NCBI GenBank assembly: GCA_965603825.1
Contig: CBFDEM010000058.1
Span: 186,001 to 250,000 of the forward strand
DNA from: Blepharisma stoltei ATCC 30299
Taxonomy: Eukaryota > Protista > Ciliophora
Length of the DNA stretch: 64,000 bases
Reading direction: 5' to 3'
In this document: positions 25,401 to 37,897 of the stretch, in pieces
How the letters are laid out: each line of letters opens with the position of its first letter
Position numbering within the stretch: position 1 is the first letter of the stretch
Translations under genes and position numbers: made by a program
The notes under the pieces: generated by a model
Seen by the model: the letters and a program-made list of their open reading frames with translations, nothing else
What the model was told of the DNA's origin: nothing
The model's database searches: none

Positions 25401-25794
25401 AAGGAATTTCAAAGAAGAAGCTGTTAATATGGTCGAAATGGCTTTAGATATGGTTAAAGCTATCAAAAGAGTTAATAAAAGCAAAGGAATCGGCTTGAAC
25501 ATGAGAATTGGGATGCATACAGGAGTGGTGGTTGCTGGAATTACTGGCACAAATATTGTGAGATATGATATTTATGGTCCTGATAATGATATTGCGAATA
25601 AAATGGAAAGCAAAGGATGTCCTGGGAAGATTAACGTTAGTCAAGTTTCTAAAGCAATTTTGCAAGAAATAGTGCCGAACCGATTCGAATATCAGTTTAA
25701 TACTGTTGTAACTCATGATCCTACTCAGAGATCACTAGACTCATTCTTTTTAGTTCCATTGCTTGAAAAAGATATCATAGTTGATGAAGAGTAA
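19435..25794 (+). CDS. P4-ATPase (flippase-like)-guanylyl cyclase fusion, copy 1 (~2119 aa)
   Basis: All ORF fragments share one frame and are joined by TGA. P4 motifs: [37 protein letters not shown]. Two TM blocks and two cyclase domains follow (KIETV/INTAARM; ADICGFT/TIGDCY/RYDIYG). Confidence 0.93.
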
Positions 25795-26155
25795 AATAAT
25801 TTAAAATATGTTGAATAGTTTGGTCTAAGATTCTTTTCAATTTTAACATTTTTTTTTTATTTATTCCTTATACCAATTTTTATTTTGCTAGATTTTAAAG
25901 TTTAAGAGGATATATTTTGATGCAAAGAGACGTTTACATTTATACTCAAAAAATGTTAAATCTCAAATAATATTTATTTAAACTGCAATTTTTTTAAAAT
26001 ATTTTCATCAATTCTTTATTTCAATTTATTACCGGCAAATCGATCAATATTTTATTTAAAAATGCAGCAATTTTTAAAAATTGTAAAAACTGCAGAAGAA
26101 GAAAAATTTATCAGCAATATATATTCAAATTTTTGTGTAAATTTATAGTAATATT

Positions 26156-29100
26156 ATGGGAGATGATAAGCTGTTTGCAGCAAGCACAGCGCCTGGATCA
26201 GATTTTCGTCAAATAAATATCGACAGAGGCCGTGCATCAGAACTGATTGTTTTTCCGACAAATTATATCACAACTGCAAAATATACCTATTGAAATCTAT
26301 TACCTAAAAACCTATTTGAGCAGTTCCATAGAATCGCAAATATCTGATTTCTAATAGTCTCGATTCTTCAACTATTGCCTCTTAATTTATCCCCTACTTC
26401 GAACTGGGCCACAATCGCTCCATTATCCCTCGTCCTCACAGTAACACTCTGCAAGGATATTTATTTAGACTGATGCCGTCACAAAATGGACCGTAGAATT
26501 AATAACAAAAGAATTAACATTTGAGACGAAAATAAAGGAAAATTCATTGAGCTCAAGTGGCAAGATCTTGAGGTTGGAAATATTGTGCTTTTGACTGACG
26601 AAAATTGCCAAGTCCCAGCTGATTTAATGCTGCTTACTTCAAGCCACCCAGAGAAGTTTGTATATATAGAAACAAGCAGTTTGGATGGAGAAAGTAACTT
26701 AAAAATAAGACACTGCGTAAATGAAATTGCCAATATTTTTGAAAATGAGTCGCCTGACATGTCGATTAAACAATTATATCATTTAGATGAAGCGGTATTA
26801 AAAACAGAACAACCGAATAATAAATTGCATGCTCTTGACGCTTCATTGAAACTTAGAGGGCATCCTCGGGCTATACCGATTGATATTAACCAAATCATTT
26901 TGAGAGGAAGCTCAATTAGAAATACTAAGTGGGTGCTTGGTTTAGTTGTCTTTACAGGAATTGATACAAAGCTTATGAAAAATTCAAAGCCACCACCTCA
27001 CAAGAGAAGCAATGTGGAAAGAAAAGTCAATAAGTATTTAGCCTTGGTGTTTTCTATATTATTTATTATTGTGCTAATATCTACTTCGATTTCTTTATCT
27101 TACACTTACAACAATAAAAATGCAGTGAAATTTTTTACAGGTGCAGAGCTTCAAAATTCTCCATTGGTAGTCATAACTTTTCTGATTTTATATAACAGTT
27201 TAGTCCCAATTTCCTTGTATGTGACTATGGATTGCGTGAGAATTATCCAATCGCAATTTATTAAATGAGATTTGACTATGTATAGTGAAAAAATGAACCA
27301 GCCTGCAATTGTAAAGACGACCGATTTAAATGAAGATTTAGGACAGATTGAGTATATTTTTACTGATAAAACAGGGACTCTGACAGAAAACATCATGGAG
27401 TTTAAAAAGTGCTATATAAATGGGAAATCGTATGGATTTATAGAGTCTCAGCAGTCTGATCGACCGACCCAGCTGCTTTATCACCCCAAATTCAAGTTTG
27501 AAGACCCACAGCTTTTAGAAGATTTGCAATGGGATGGAAAAGACGAAATTTCAGCATTTTTTGAGTCACTTGCACTTTGCCACACAGTAATCCCAGACCA
27601 TGTAGATGGTGAACTTGTATATCAAGCTGCATCTCCTGATGAAGAAGCACTTGTAATTGCAGCCCATTGTTTTGGATTTTCTTATATTTCTAGCAAAAAT
27701 GGGATTTACACACTCCAAATCAATTTAGACGTGACTGAGTACAAAATTTTAGGGATTAACGAATTTTCATCAGACAGAAAGAGAATGTCGATTGTGGTGT
27801 TCCCTATAAATGACAGGACAAGAAAGCCTTTTTTAGTATGCAAAGGAGCGGACAATGTTATGCTGGAAAGATGCCTAGGGACGACTACTCAAATCGAAAA
27901 GCTGACTGCTAATTTATACGAATTCTCTGTAGAAGGGTTAAGAATTATGATTATTGCAAGAAAAGAACTGACTGAAGAAGAAGCTTTGGCGTATGAAAAA
28001 AAATATAGTGATGCAAAAAATGCGTTAAATGATAAACAAAAAAGACTTGCAGAGTTAGCTGAAGAACTAGAACAAAACATGACGATTGTAGGAGCTACTG
28101 CGATTGAAGATAAGATTCAAGAAAATGTCCCTGAAGCAATATCTACCTTAATAAATGCAGGCATAAAGATATGGGTATTAACAGGTGATAAACAAGAAAC
28201 AGCCATCAATATCGGCTTTTCTTGCCATCTGCTAAAGCCAGAGCTACAATTAATGAAGCTTAATGGCAGAAGTGTCGATGAAACTAGAAATATTTTGCGT
28301 TACAACCTAGCCCGACATGTAAAATGTGACGAAGATGATGAAAGAAAGCACAGTGTCCTCAGCCAAATTCGATATGTCGGAAATACTCCATCAAGCAGCA
28401 TCATAGGTTCCAAAATTTCTGGCCCAAGATACCAATTCATAAAAAATGACGTCGATATATTTGATGGAGACTTAGAAGTAAAAAATATGAATACCCTTAA
28501 ACTTGCCCTTATAGTTGATGGAGTCACTTTAGGGTTCATTTTGTCAGATCCAGTATGCTTAAGACTATTTGTCATTTTAAGCACCCTCTGCAAGTCAGTT
28601 ATTTGCTGCAGGGTTTCTCCGCTTCAAAAAGCTGAGGTCGTGAAGACGCTTAAAAACCACTTGGCTTTTAAGCCTATGACTTTAGCTATTGGGGATGGGG
28701 CAAATGATGTCTCAATGATACAAGAAGCACATGTAGGTATCGGAATTGTGGGTAAAGAAGGTATGCAAGCTGTAAATTCCAGTGATTATGCTATTGCAAG
28801 GTTCTATTTCTTGCTGCCACTGCTGCTAAAGCACGGTAGAAATAACTACGCAAGAGTGTCAAAAGTGATTTTATATTCTTTTTATAAAAACTTCATGCTG
28901 GTTTTACCCTTATTTTATTTCAGCTTTTTTAATGCTTATTCTGGCACTGCACTTTATGACTCTTGGCTAATGGTTTCTTATAACATCATTTTTACATCTC
29001 TGCCTATCGCTGTTGTTGGCAGTATGAATAAGGACCTGGAAGGAGAAATCGCAATAGCAAACCCTATAGTTTATTTACCTGGGATTTTTGGTTTAAAATT

Positions 29101-32100
29101 TAACTTCAAAATATTTTTAAGATGATGCACTTTTGCAATCGTCCATACCATTTGGATTTTTTTTCTTTTAAGGGCTGTTGACTATTTTACAATAGACTCA
29201 CAAGGATCTTCTTCGAGCTTAGACTTGACTGGGACTGCAGGATTTTTTGCGATCATTATTACAGTTACTTATGTAATTGCACTGGAAATGAAAGATTGGA
29301 CACTTTTATTTGTCCTGGTAACGACGATCAGCTTACTTCTATTTTATCCAATTATTTTTATATACGATTATGGAGGATTTCCTACTCCAAGTATGGTCGG
29401 AATTTCAACAAGGCTTTATTCAGTTCTCCATGTGTTTTTATACATCACATTTGTACCTTTAACCTCTTTTATCCTGAATATAACAGTTTATCTAATCCGT
29501 ACTCTTTGGAGCCCTACTGCTTCTGATAAAATCATCCAAGACTCAGTTTTAGCTTCAAAAAAATATTCAAATGACCCTCAGAACGATTCCTTTGCGAAGG
29601 ACAATTTCAGACTTGAAGAGTATTCATCGAAACTTAATAAGGTGTATATTAATAAAGGTATTAAAAATGACATGAATGAAGACGAAGACAGTGATTTCTA
29701 TGCGGTATCAAACATTACTTTACAGTTTAAAAGGGCTTATAATGAAAAAGTGTATAAGTTGAGCTATATCGACAAGAGAATTAAGTATACAAGAGCAATG
29801 CTTATTGTAATCACTTTTATTTATACGGTATACATTATCCCAGATATGGTTGTAAATACATATTCTGATACTATAATTGTATCAAGATGCATTATTTTTG
29901 TAGTTTTAATTGGTATTTGTATTTTCACTAAGACTCAGACATTTAGAAAACATTGTGAATTTTATATTTTGACTATTACATTTTTAGGATTATTAGCGAA
30001 ATTTATTAATGAGTCAATGCTAATGAATGATGGCTCAATGAGCACAGCAATAGTGCCGATAGCCTTATTTATTTTATTCAATGTCAGCACTTATAAAATG
30101 TTTATCCTTAATTTATTGTTTTTGATCATGTATTTTATAAGAATCACCATTTATATTGTAACTTCTGTTGACCCTGGTACTGGTTGGATGGTTATAATCA
30201 ATTATCTAGTCCTTTTGTCTGGGATTTTTATAATAAGTGCTTATGTTGGCTACAAAATTGAAAAATTCCACAGATTAGAATTTATCCTCGATAAAAAGCT
30301 TCAGCTGCAATTCCAAAAAGGCCAAGATATCTTAGGCAACTTATTGCCTGGTTTTGTTAAAGAAAGAGTAAAGCAAGGAGTCAGATATATAGCTGAAGAG
30401 CAAGGACAAGTCACATGCTTATTCTGTGACATTTACGATTTTGATACCATTTGTGCTATCCATACCCCTAATGAGCTACTAGAGCTCCTGGATAAATTTT
30501 TTGCTATTATAGATGCTCTATGTGATAAGCATGGGGTGACTAAAATCGAAACAGTAAATAAAACCTATATGATTTGTGGAGGACTAAAAGACAGTGAAGA
30601 AAGACTGCCAAAAAGTCAGCTCAAGCGAAACCACGCTGAAAGATGCCTTGACATAGCACTTCATATTATTAAAAAAATAGAGCCAGTCGTTTTGAAAAAC
30701 GGGCATAAACTTCAAGTAAAAATTGGAATAAATACAGGTCCTGTGATTGCTGGAGTCGTTGGAGAGCACAAACCTCAATTTTCTTTAGTTGGGGACACTA
30801 TAAATACAGCTGCTAGAATGTGTGGGACTATTACAATTCCTGACCGAATTCAAATATCAATGGACACTTACAATCTTTTAACAGAGAAAAACCGCTATCT
30901 TTTTTCTCCTAATGAAGTTGAGCCTAAAGGGAAGCCTAAAATGCATACTTTTTTTGTAGAAAGCGTTAAAAACCGGAGAGGGTCAGAATTGGTAACAGCT
31001 TTATTAGACGCTACCTCTATTTCTCCTGATCATTCATTTTATGCTATTGCTGACGAAGGTTTAGAAAAAAGCCAAGAGCCTTTAATACAAGATTTGATAC
31101 GAGGAAGCACTGTAAAAGATTTTGAAGATGACAGAGTGGAACAAGAAGAAAAATTTGACTGGAGCAAGCTAAGGGAAACTGCATCTGCTGAAGACGAGTT
31201 TGAGTTAGAGCTTGCAGGACCAATGCATTGGCTAATGTGCAGCTTTTATGAGACCCCTGCAGAGCACAAATTCAGGATACACCAATTCACGAATGAGCTT
31301 CAAAGCGTGAAATTTGGGCTTTGGCTAAACATTTCTGTGTATACTGTCATGATTACTCTTTTTACAGTGCTGTATACCTTTGATGATGTGAGCGGCTCAA
31401 TTTTCCAGATAGTTGCAAGAGCCTGCTATATAGCTGGCCTGATGATATACTTGATCTATATAAAGCAACTAAATGAAAGCTCTCTTTTCCCATGGGGAGT
31501 GATGATGCTTTATATCGTGATTTCATTCATAAATAACCTGAACTTTGAAGAAGCCGGCAGGACCCTCGCATATGCAAAAGTGCTACAAGCAATGTTCACG
31601 AATATCACAGTAAACCATATAAGCGCTCTCCCAATTGGATTTATTCTTACAGCAACGGTAGTGAACTATATAGCCTGGATATGTATGGCTTTTAGCTCAG
31701 ATTACTCAGCAAACCTAAAAATAGAAACCACCTTTTTTGTCACCATTTTCTTCCTATTAAACTATGTAGCTAGTTTTGTCAGGGAATTTCAAGCAAGAAG
31801 GTCATATGATCTTAATAAATGCGCAGAGAGAGAAATAAAAAACACAGATAAGCTGCTCAGCCAGATGATGCCTCCACAAGTGCTCAGAAATCTTCTAAAC
31901 GATGTAGCTACAACTGATAAATACACAGACGCGACGATTATTTATGCTGATATCTGTGGATTTACCAGCTGGTCTTCTAATAGGAAACCTATAGAAGTAG
32001 TAGGGATGCTATCAAAGCTTTTCACTAATTTCGACCATCTCTGTGTGATGCATAATGTGTATAAAGTCCATACCATCGGAGACTGTTATGTTGTTTTAAG

Positions 32101-32512
32101 TTTCACTGACAATGAAAAAAGAGACTATAAAGAAGAAGCTGTGAAGATGGTAGAAATGGCTTTAGATATGGTAAAAACTATTAAAAGAATAAGCAAAAGC
32201 AAAGGAATTAGCTTGAATATGAGGATTGGAATGCACACTGGAGAAGTTGTAGCTGGAATCACAGGGACAAATATAGTAAGATATGATATATATGGCCCTG
32301 ATAATGATATCGCTAATAAAATGGAAAGCAAAGGGTTCCCTGGCAGAATTAATGTAAGTGAAGTAACAAAAGCAATTTTGCAAGAAATGCTTCCTAGTCG
32401 CTTTGACTATGTTTTTAATACAGAAGTTACTCATGACCCAACCCACAGGACGTTGAATTCGTATTTTATAATCCCTTTGCTTGAAAAAGATATCATTGTT
32501 GATGAAGAATAA
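26156..32512 (+). CDS. P4-ATPase-guanylyl cyclase fusion, copy 2 (~2118 aa)
   Basis: Tandem paralogue with the same start (MG.DKLF), the same end ([12 protein letters not shown]) and the same motifs; one frame via TGA. Confidence 0.93.
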
Positions 32513-32987
32513 TATTAATTAAGGCTTTGTAAAATCTCCAATTAATGGCTAAATAATTTTTCATACTTATTTAAGCTGATTATTCTCATTCCTTCATTAA
32601 AATTGATAGCACTTCATTAATGAATTATCCATATATGTTTGAATTTCTCTTAAAATCCTATGAGGTGCACAGCTCCTAGGCAAATTTTTCTGCAATTATA
32701 AAATTCTTCTTCTATTGAAAATCTGAGCCTCTAGCATCTAAAACTTTCTTAACTTTTCAATCCGCATTCTTTGATACTGACATAACAGTCAAGAGAGTTT
32801 TTCTAAAGCTAAAATATTTCATTGCTTTAGCTCTGCTTGCTATAGATGCTCCTCTGATAGCTGTAGACTCCTTACTGGTTCTTTCAAGCACGTGTTCAAT
32901 TCGTTATAATTTTTTCAGCCAATTTTTAAATTAAGTAATTAAAAGTGGTATTTTCATCTTGCATAATTATTAATCAAAGACTTAAGA

Positions 32988-35798
32988 ATGGTAAGCGACA
33001 CTTAGTGGATGATCAAGTTCTTAAATAAAGAAACCAGATATCAGGTTCCTCGCTGATGAACCCACATGAGCTCAAACCACGACATAGTGTGACTCTTCCA
33101 AGATGACATTCAAGTGCCACCAGATGAGCGGTTTCCTTTTTACTTGAAATTGGTAAGGGTTGCAGTGCTCCAGCTTATCTTACTGTGCGCAGTCGCTTTT
33201 TTGTTTGGCAATGGCGAGTATTTTTATAACGAATGTCAAAGGAGGAAGAAATGTATGACATATTGCCAAGAAGCCTATTTTCCTTTATTAACATGTGCAG
33301 ATTCTGGCTATATGCTGAATTACAAAGGAAATGAGTACAGAAAGCTGTGGAGTTACCCTTATTATGATAACTCAGAATATAGGACTTGCTATGGCTATAT
33401 GAGTGACAACCCTGACTACTCCACATCAGAATGGGACTCAGATAGGCAAGAGAGGCTTCATACTTGTTTTCCAGCCTGCAAAACCGGAAATGATTCAGAT
33501 TATACTGATGACACAAGACCTGAATGCACAGATAGCTCAACTGACCCTGGAATGGTATGTGTTAGAGAAAGTGATTCGTGTGAACAAGTGTATTTGCCTT
33601 CAAGGGTTGGGGATGTGGATGGGGTTTCCTTCGATATTGGCTATGCTTGAATTGCCATTGCCATTGCAAATTGTTTTCAGTATATTTACTTGTATATACT
33701 TATATTTACACTTGGGCTTAAGTCTCTGAGCATAAACAACATTAAAATCGGCTTTATGAAGTGTGGTGTAGAAACTGTAATACTGGTTATTTCTGGACTT
33801 TGCTCGCTGCTAATTGTATATCAAGCTACACTTATTGATGCTTATGGACCTTCTAAAGAGTTTTGGTTTACATTTTTTGTAGCTTTTATGATAGACCAGT
33901 CCAAGAGTTTTGTGTTTCATACAGGTGTATGATATTTTTTATTCCGTAGATGTGGTTACTTAAGAACTAATGAAGAAGATTTTATTGATCCAGCATGGAA
34001 ACATAAAGATGAACAAGCCCAATTGTCAATTCGTGGCCAAATCGCTAAAATAATGGAGACGAATCAATACAAATTTTGTTCGATGGGCTTTCTAGGCATT
34101 TATGCTGTCTATGTTTTAGCAATTTTAAGTATTGGCTCAAATAGTATCCTTGATATTATCGATGTGTCATTTATAGGAGTGTTTTTATTTGAAATTTGTG
34201 TAGCCACATGAGTCAACTGCATGAAAAATTTTATGGACCTTTTTAATATTTTTGATGCTGTTATTGTGTCTGTATCATTTATTCTGTATTTTGTAGGGGT
34301 TGGAGCTAAAGGATTAGCAGTACTTAGATTGCTGAGACTTGTAAGGCTTATCATTGTGCTGAGAAAGGTTACTGCGAACACTCAAAGAAAAAGCAGTGGG
34401 TATTCGACTGTTTATGAAGAGTCTTTAGCTATACTCAGACAGCTGAAAAACCAGAAGAAATTGAGTTTTAAACAGAAAAAAGAACTGAATTGGGTAATCG
34501 GGATTATAGAAAGCGGAAAACTTTATGACGTGGTGGTAGCTCAACAGAGCGATAAAGGGAATGGGCAGGTTTCTCAAGACAATGAAGGCAGAAAATGGAT
34601 TAATATGGCTACAATAATTGCAAATGATCCTTTGTTATGGTTTGATAGAGACCTAGACGATTATTTATACGAAAGGCAAAGAGATGATGAGCCTGAAGAC
34701 AATAAAGACGAATTTGAAGAAGAAATCCGCCAAATAATCGGAATTTCTGAAAAAACCCATTTTCAGCTTGAAAAGATTTTCGATGACATCGGCAAGTGGA
34801 GATTCAACGCTTTTCAATACTTTGACCTATGCGGGCCTCAAGTAATTTCTCATTTTATTATCAGACTCTTCAAGCTTTACGACATTTCAAGAAAATTCGA
34901 AATCCCAATGATGTCTCTCAAAACCTTTTCTACAGCAATATATGAAGGATATTCCAGCACAAATCCCTACCACAACGCAATCCATGCTATTGATGTAGCG
35001 CACAAGCTTAATTATTTTATCCTGACTGGAGACTTAATGAAATATATTTCAGATCTTGACATTATGGCAGCGCTTATAGCAGCAATTATTCATGATTTCC
35101 AACATCCAGGAGTCACTAATGAATTTTTAATTAAGCGGTCTCATTCAAAAGCAATCAGGTATAATGATTTTTCAGTCCTAGAAAGGCATCATTTAGCTAG
35201 TGCATTTGCTGCCTTGCTAGACCAAAGCTGTGATATCACGATTAATCTTACAGAAGACCAATACTGGCTGGTGAGGACTACCATTGTAAAAATGGTTTTA
35301 TCGACTGATTTAAAGCTTCATGACAAGACTTTAGGGTCTTTCAAAAATTCCAGAAATATCCCGAATTTTCCTAATAATGATAAAGAAAGACAAATTTTGA
35401 TGAATATAGCCTTAAGGATTGCTGATAATGGAAACCCTCTGCAGCCTCAAGATTTGTACTTTAAATGGATGGCTTTAATGATGGAGGAATTTTATCAGCA
35501 GGGAGATATAGAAGAGCATTTAAATATGGAGCTTACTGCACCTTTTATGGATAGAAAAAGCACAAATCCTTATACAAGCCAGCTTGCTTATATTGAAGTA
35601 GTGGTAGAGCCGATGGTAGAGATATGGATTGATTTTATACCAGAAGTGAAGGAAGATATATTTACTAGAGGGCTTCTTGAAAATAAAGAAGCCTTAAGAC
35701 AAAAGTCAGATACAGTGCCAAAAATGAATAACGAAGAAGATACAAATGAAATTGATATGAAAAGAAAACGAAAAGAAGGAATGCTGATGGAGAAATAA
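32988..35798 (+). CDS. membrane class I cyclic-nucleotide phosphodiesterase with an N-terminal 4-TM/Cys-rich module and an S1-S4 voltage-sensor domain (~931 aa)
   Basis: ATG 32988, intron 32991-33005, then one frame through TGA codons. VSD: FLFE (S2), NIFD (S3), LRLLRLVRLIIVLRK (S4). PDE: PYHNAIHAIDV, HDFQHPG.TN, SVLERHH, TDL, ADNGNP, EEFYQQGD, SQ. Confidence 0.88.
32991..33005 (+). other. 15-nt intron immediately after the start codon
   Basis: GTAAGCGACACTTAG; an alternative start is ATG 33009. Confidence 0.65.
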
Positions 35799-36187
35799 TC
35801 GATTATCTTTAATTTATTGAATTCAATTAATTTATGACTATAAATTAATAATATTTTAAAAATTAAATTTTCATCTACGTTTGAATAATAATGATATAAA
35901 TTTTGGAATTTAATCCAGATAAGAAAATAAATAAAAATTTTTTTTATTATAAAATACCTTAAAATATATATGCATAAGAATATCTAAAGTTCTTTGGGTT
36001 TATACATATTTTTATTAGAGCAGTTTCTATTATAAATTAACAATATTAGATATCATTATTATCCAAAATAAATAATTGCGAATAATTAATGCATATAATT
36101 TATATATGAAAAGTCTGCTTTGAAGAGATTTTCAAATAAAGCTTAAATCATACTATAGAAAATAATTGGTGATAAAATAAAACAAAG

Positions 36188-36933
36188 ATGGACAATAAAG
36201 AAATCGACGGAGAAGATCTAAAGAGAAGACTATCAGAATTCATAGAAAATCAGCCTTTATGCTCAGCGCCAACTTCTAATATCAATCATATGCATCCAAC
36301 CCTTAATTCACGGCTGGAGAATCATATGGATGCTCATCTCAATGATCTAATTAGAAAAAACGATGAAGAAACAAAAGAGTCTCCCCTTCCTCAACGAGCC
36401 AAAAGAAGCGGGGAAGAAAGCCACTCCGTCCTAACGATCGAATCAAGAAGAAAACTGAAGAAAAAGATAAATATTGATTTAGAGTATTCAGAGCATACAT
36501 GAAATCTCAATATTCAAATCTGAAGCCAAAGCTTAGCAAAGACGATCAGCTATTTTGGCTTGAACATCTAGGTCCAGAAGGGAAACCAGGGAAAAGGAGT
36601 AAATTTTTATCCTATGGAAAAAAGTATAAAACATTTTTATTTTCTCAACCGATTTTTGTTGCATATTTTCGGGATTGATTTACAAATCATGGCCAAGAAG
36701 ATTTATCTAAAAAAACACCACAAGGATCTGATTTATGATATGTATACTATGATTATGGAAGTAAGGAGCTTTTTAATTATACTCCACAAGGATGTTCGTC
36801 AATTGATGGTCGAGACTCTCCATTAAGCTGTACTTCGCCACCAGAGCCTCAAGAGGAGCCTTTGGTAGATGCAGCTGATTTTTGTATGATTGATTCAAAT
36901 AATGAATTATATTTTGAGTCGTATATTAAGTAG
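36188..36933 (+). CDS. hypothetical basic protein with an AT-hook-like KKRGRKP motif; apparent frameshift at ~36355-36395
   Basis: The ATG frame (MDNKE...) overlaps a long -1 frame (QKKRGRKPLRP...KDKY[TGA]FRVFRAYMK...) that ends at TAG 36933. Confidence 0.5.
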
Positions 36934-37440
36934 AATATAGCTTAAATGCCATCAAAATGGAAATATGATTAATATGCAAAAATATAATTACAAGCATCAT
37001 ATAAATGACAGGTAAACTCTGGAAAATATTAATAAGTTAAAATAAAAGATACTGAAGTTTAGGAAAGGCTCACATTAAGATCTATAATAATATCGATATT
37101 AATGCAGTATTTTCAGCACTTGCGGAATAAGATTATTTTTAAGTATAATTAAATGATATACAGCCTATGATTTATAAATTAATTCTTCCAGTTCTTCTTT
37201 AAAGAAAAGTTATCTAGGCTTATTATAAAAATATGAATTTATATTGCTTTGCCATATATGACATATATATTTGTTTTTGACTAAAAGATAACATTTGCAC
37301 GAATATTAATCCTCAACTTATTGATATTAAATCATAATATAAAGCTAAATAATTTTTTGTTTATTTTAATTATAAATTCAATTTAACTGATTTTTAAATT
37401 TGATCTGAATCATCAGCAGCATTAAAATTTATGCAAAACC

Positions 37441-37642
37441 TGAATATTGAGTTATTAATTATAATTATAACAGTAAAGAACGATATTCAATATTCATCAC
37501 ATGCTTAATAAAATACTTAAAAATGTAAAAGGAAAGCTATTAATTGTGTGGGTCCATATTGCCATTTCTATTGCGATCCACAAATAACCCCTATTCTTCT
37601 TTTCCTAATATTCGCCTCAATTAATTTAAATTCTAAAGCTAA
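37441..37642. repeat. ~200-bp inverted repeat, left arm
   Basis: ATCACATGCTTAATAAAATACTTAAAAAT...AATTGTGTGGGTCCATATTGCCATTT...ATCCACAAATAACC matches the reverse complement of 39609-39810. Confidence 0.85.
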
Positions 37643-37897
37643 ATTTATAAAAGATTGTGATTATTCTTCTGTTCCTCCATTCCCAGGATTTTTTAATTTT
37701 TAGAGCTAGTGATTATTTTAAATTGATTGCTTCTAAGGTCTTTTGAACTTAATTTTATGATCTTTATATCTTAATCTTTCAATTTTGCAAAAAATTTAAA
37801 CTAAAGTTTTTCCCTATTCTAGAATTGCAAATTGTTTTAAGCCAAACCTTTCCCTTTATCTATTGATTTCTCAACAAAAAATTGGCGAATTTATAAA

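Noticed and set aside
32540-32930. Possible decayed minus-strand coiled-coil gene between GC copy 2 and the PDE
   Set aside because: Protein-like stretches are interrupted by several TAA/TAG codons, and no family is recognisable.
19435-35798. GC and PDE ORF fragments interpreted as pseudogenes or selenoproteins
   Set aside because: Every break is an in-frame TGA, and the paralogue has TGG at several matching sites, so these are Trp codons.
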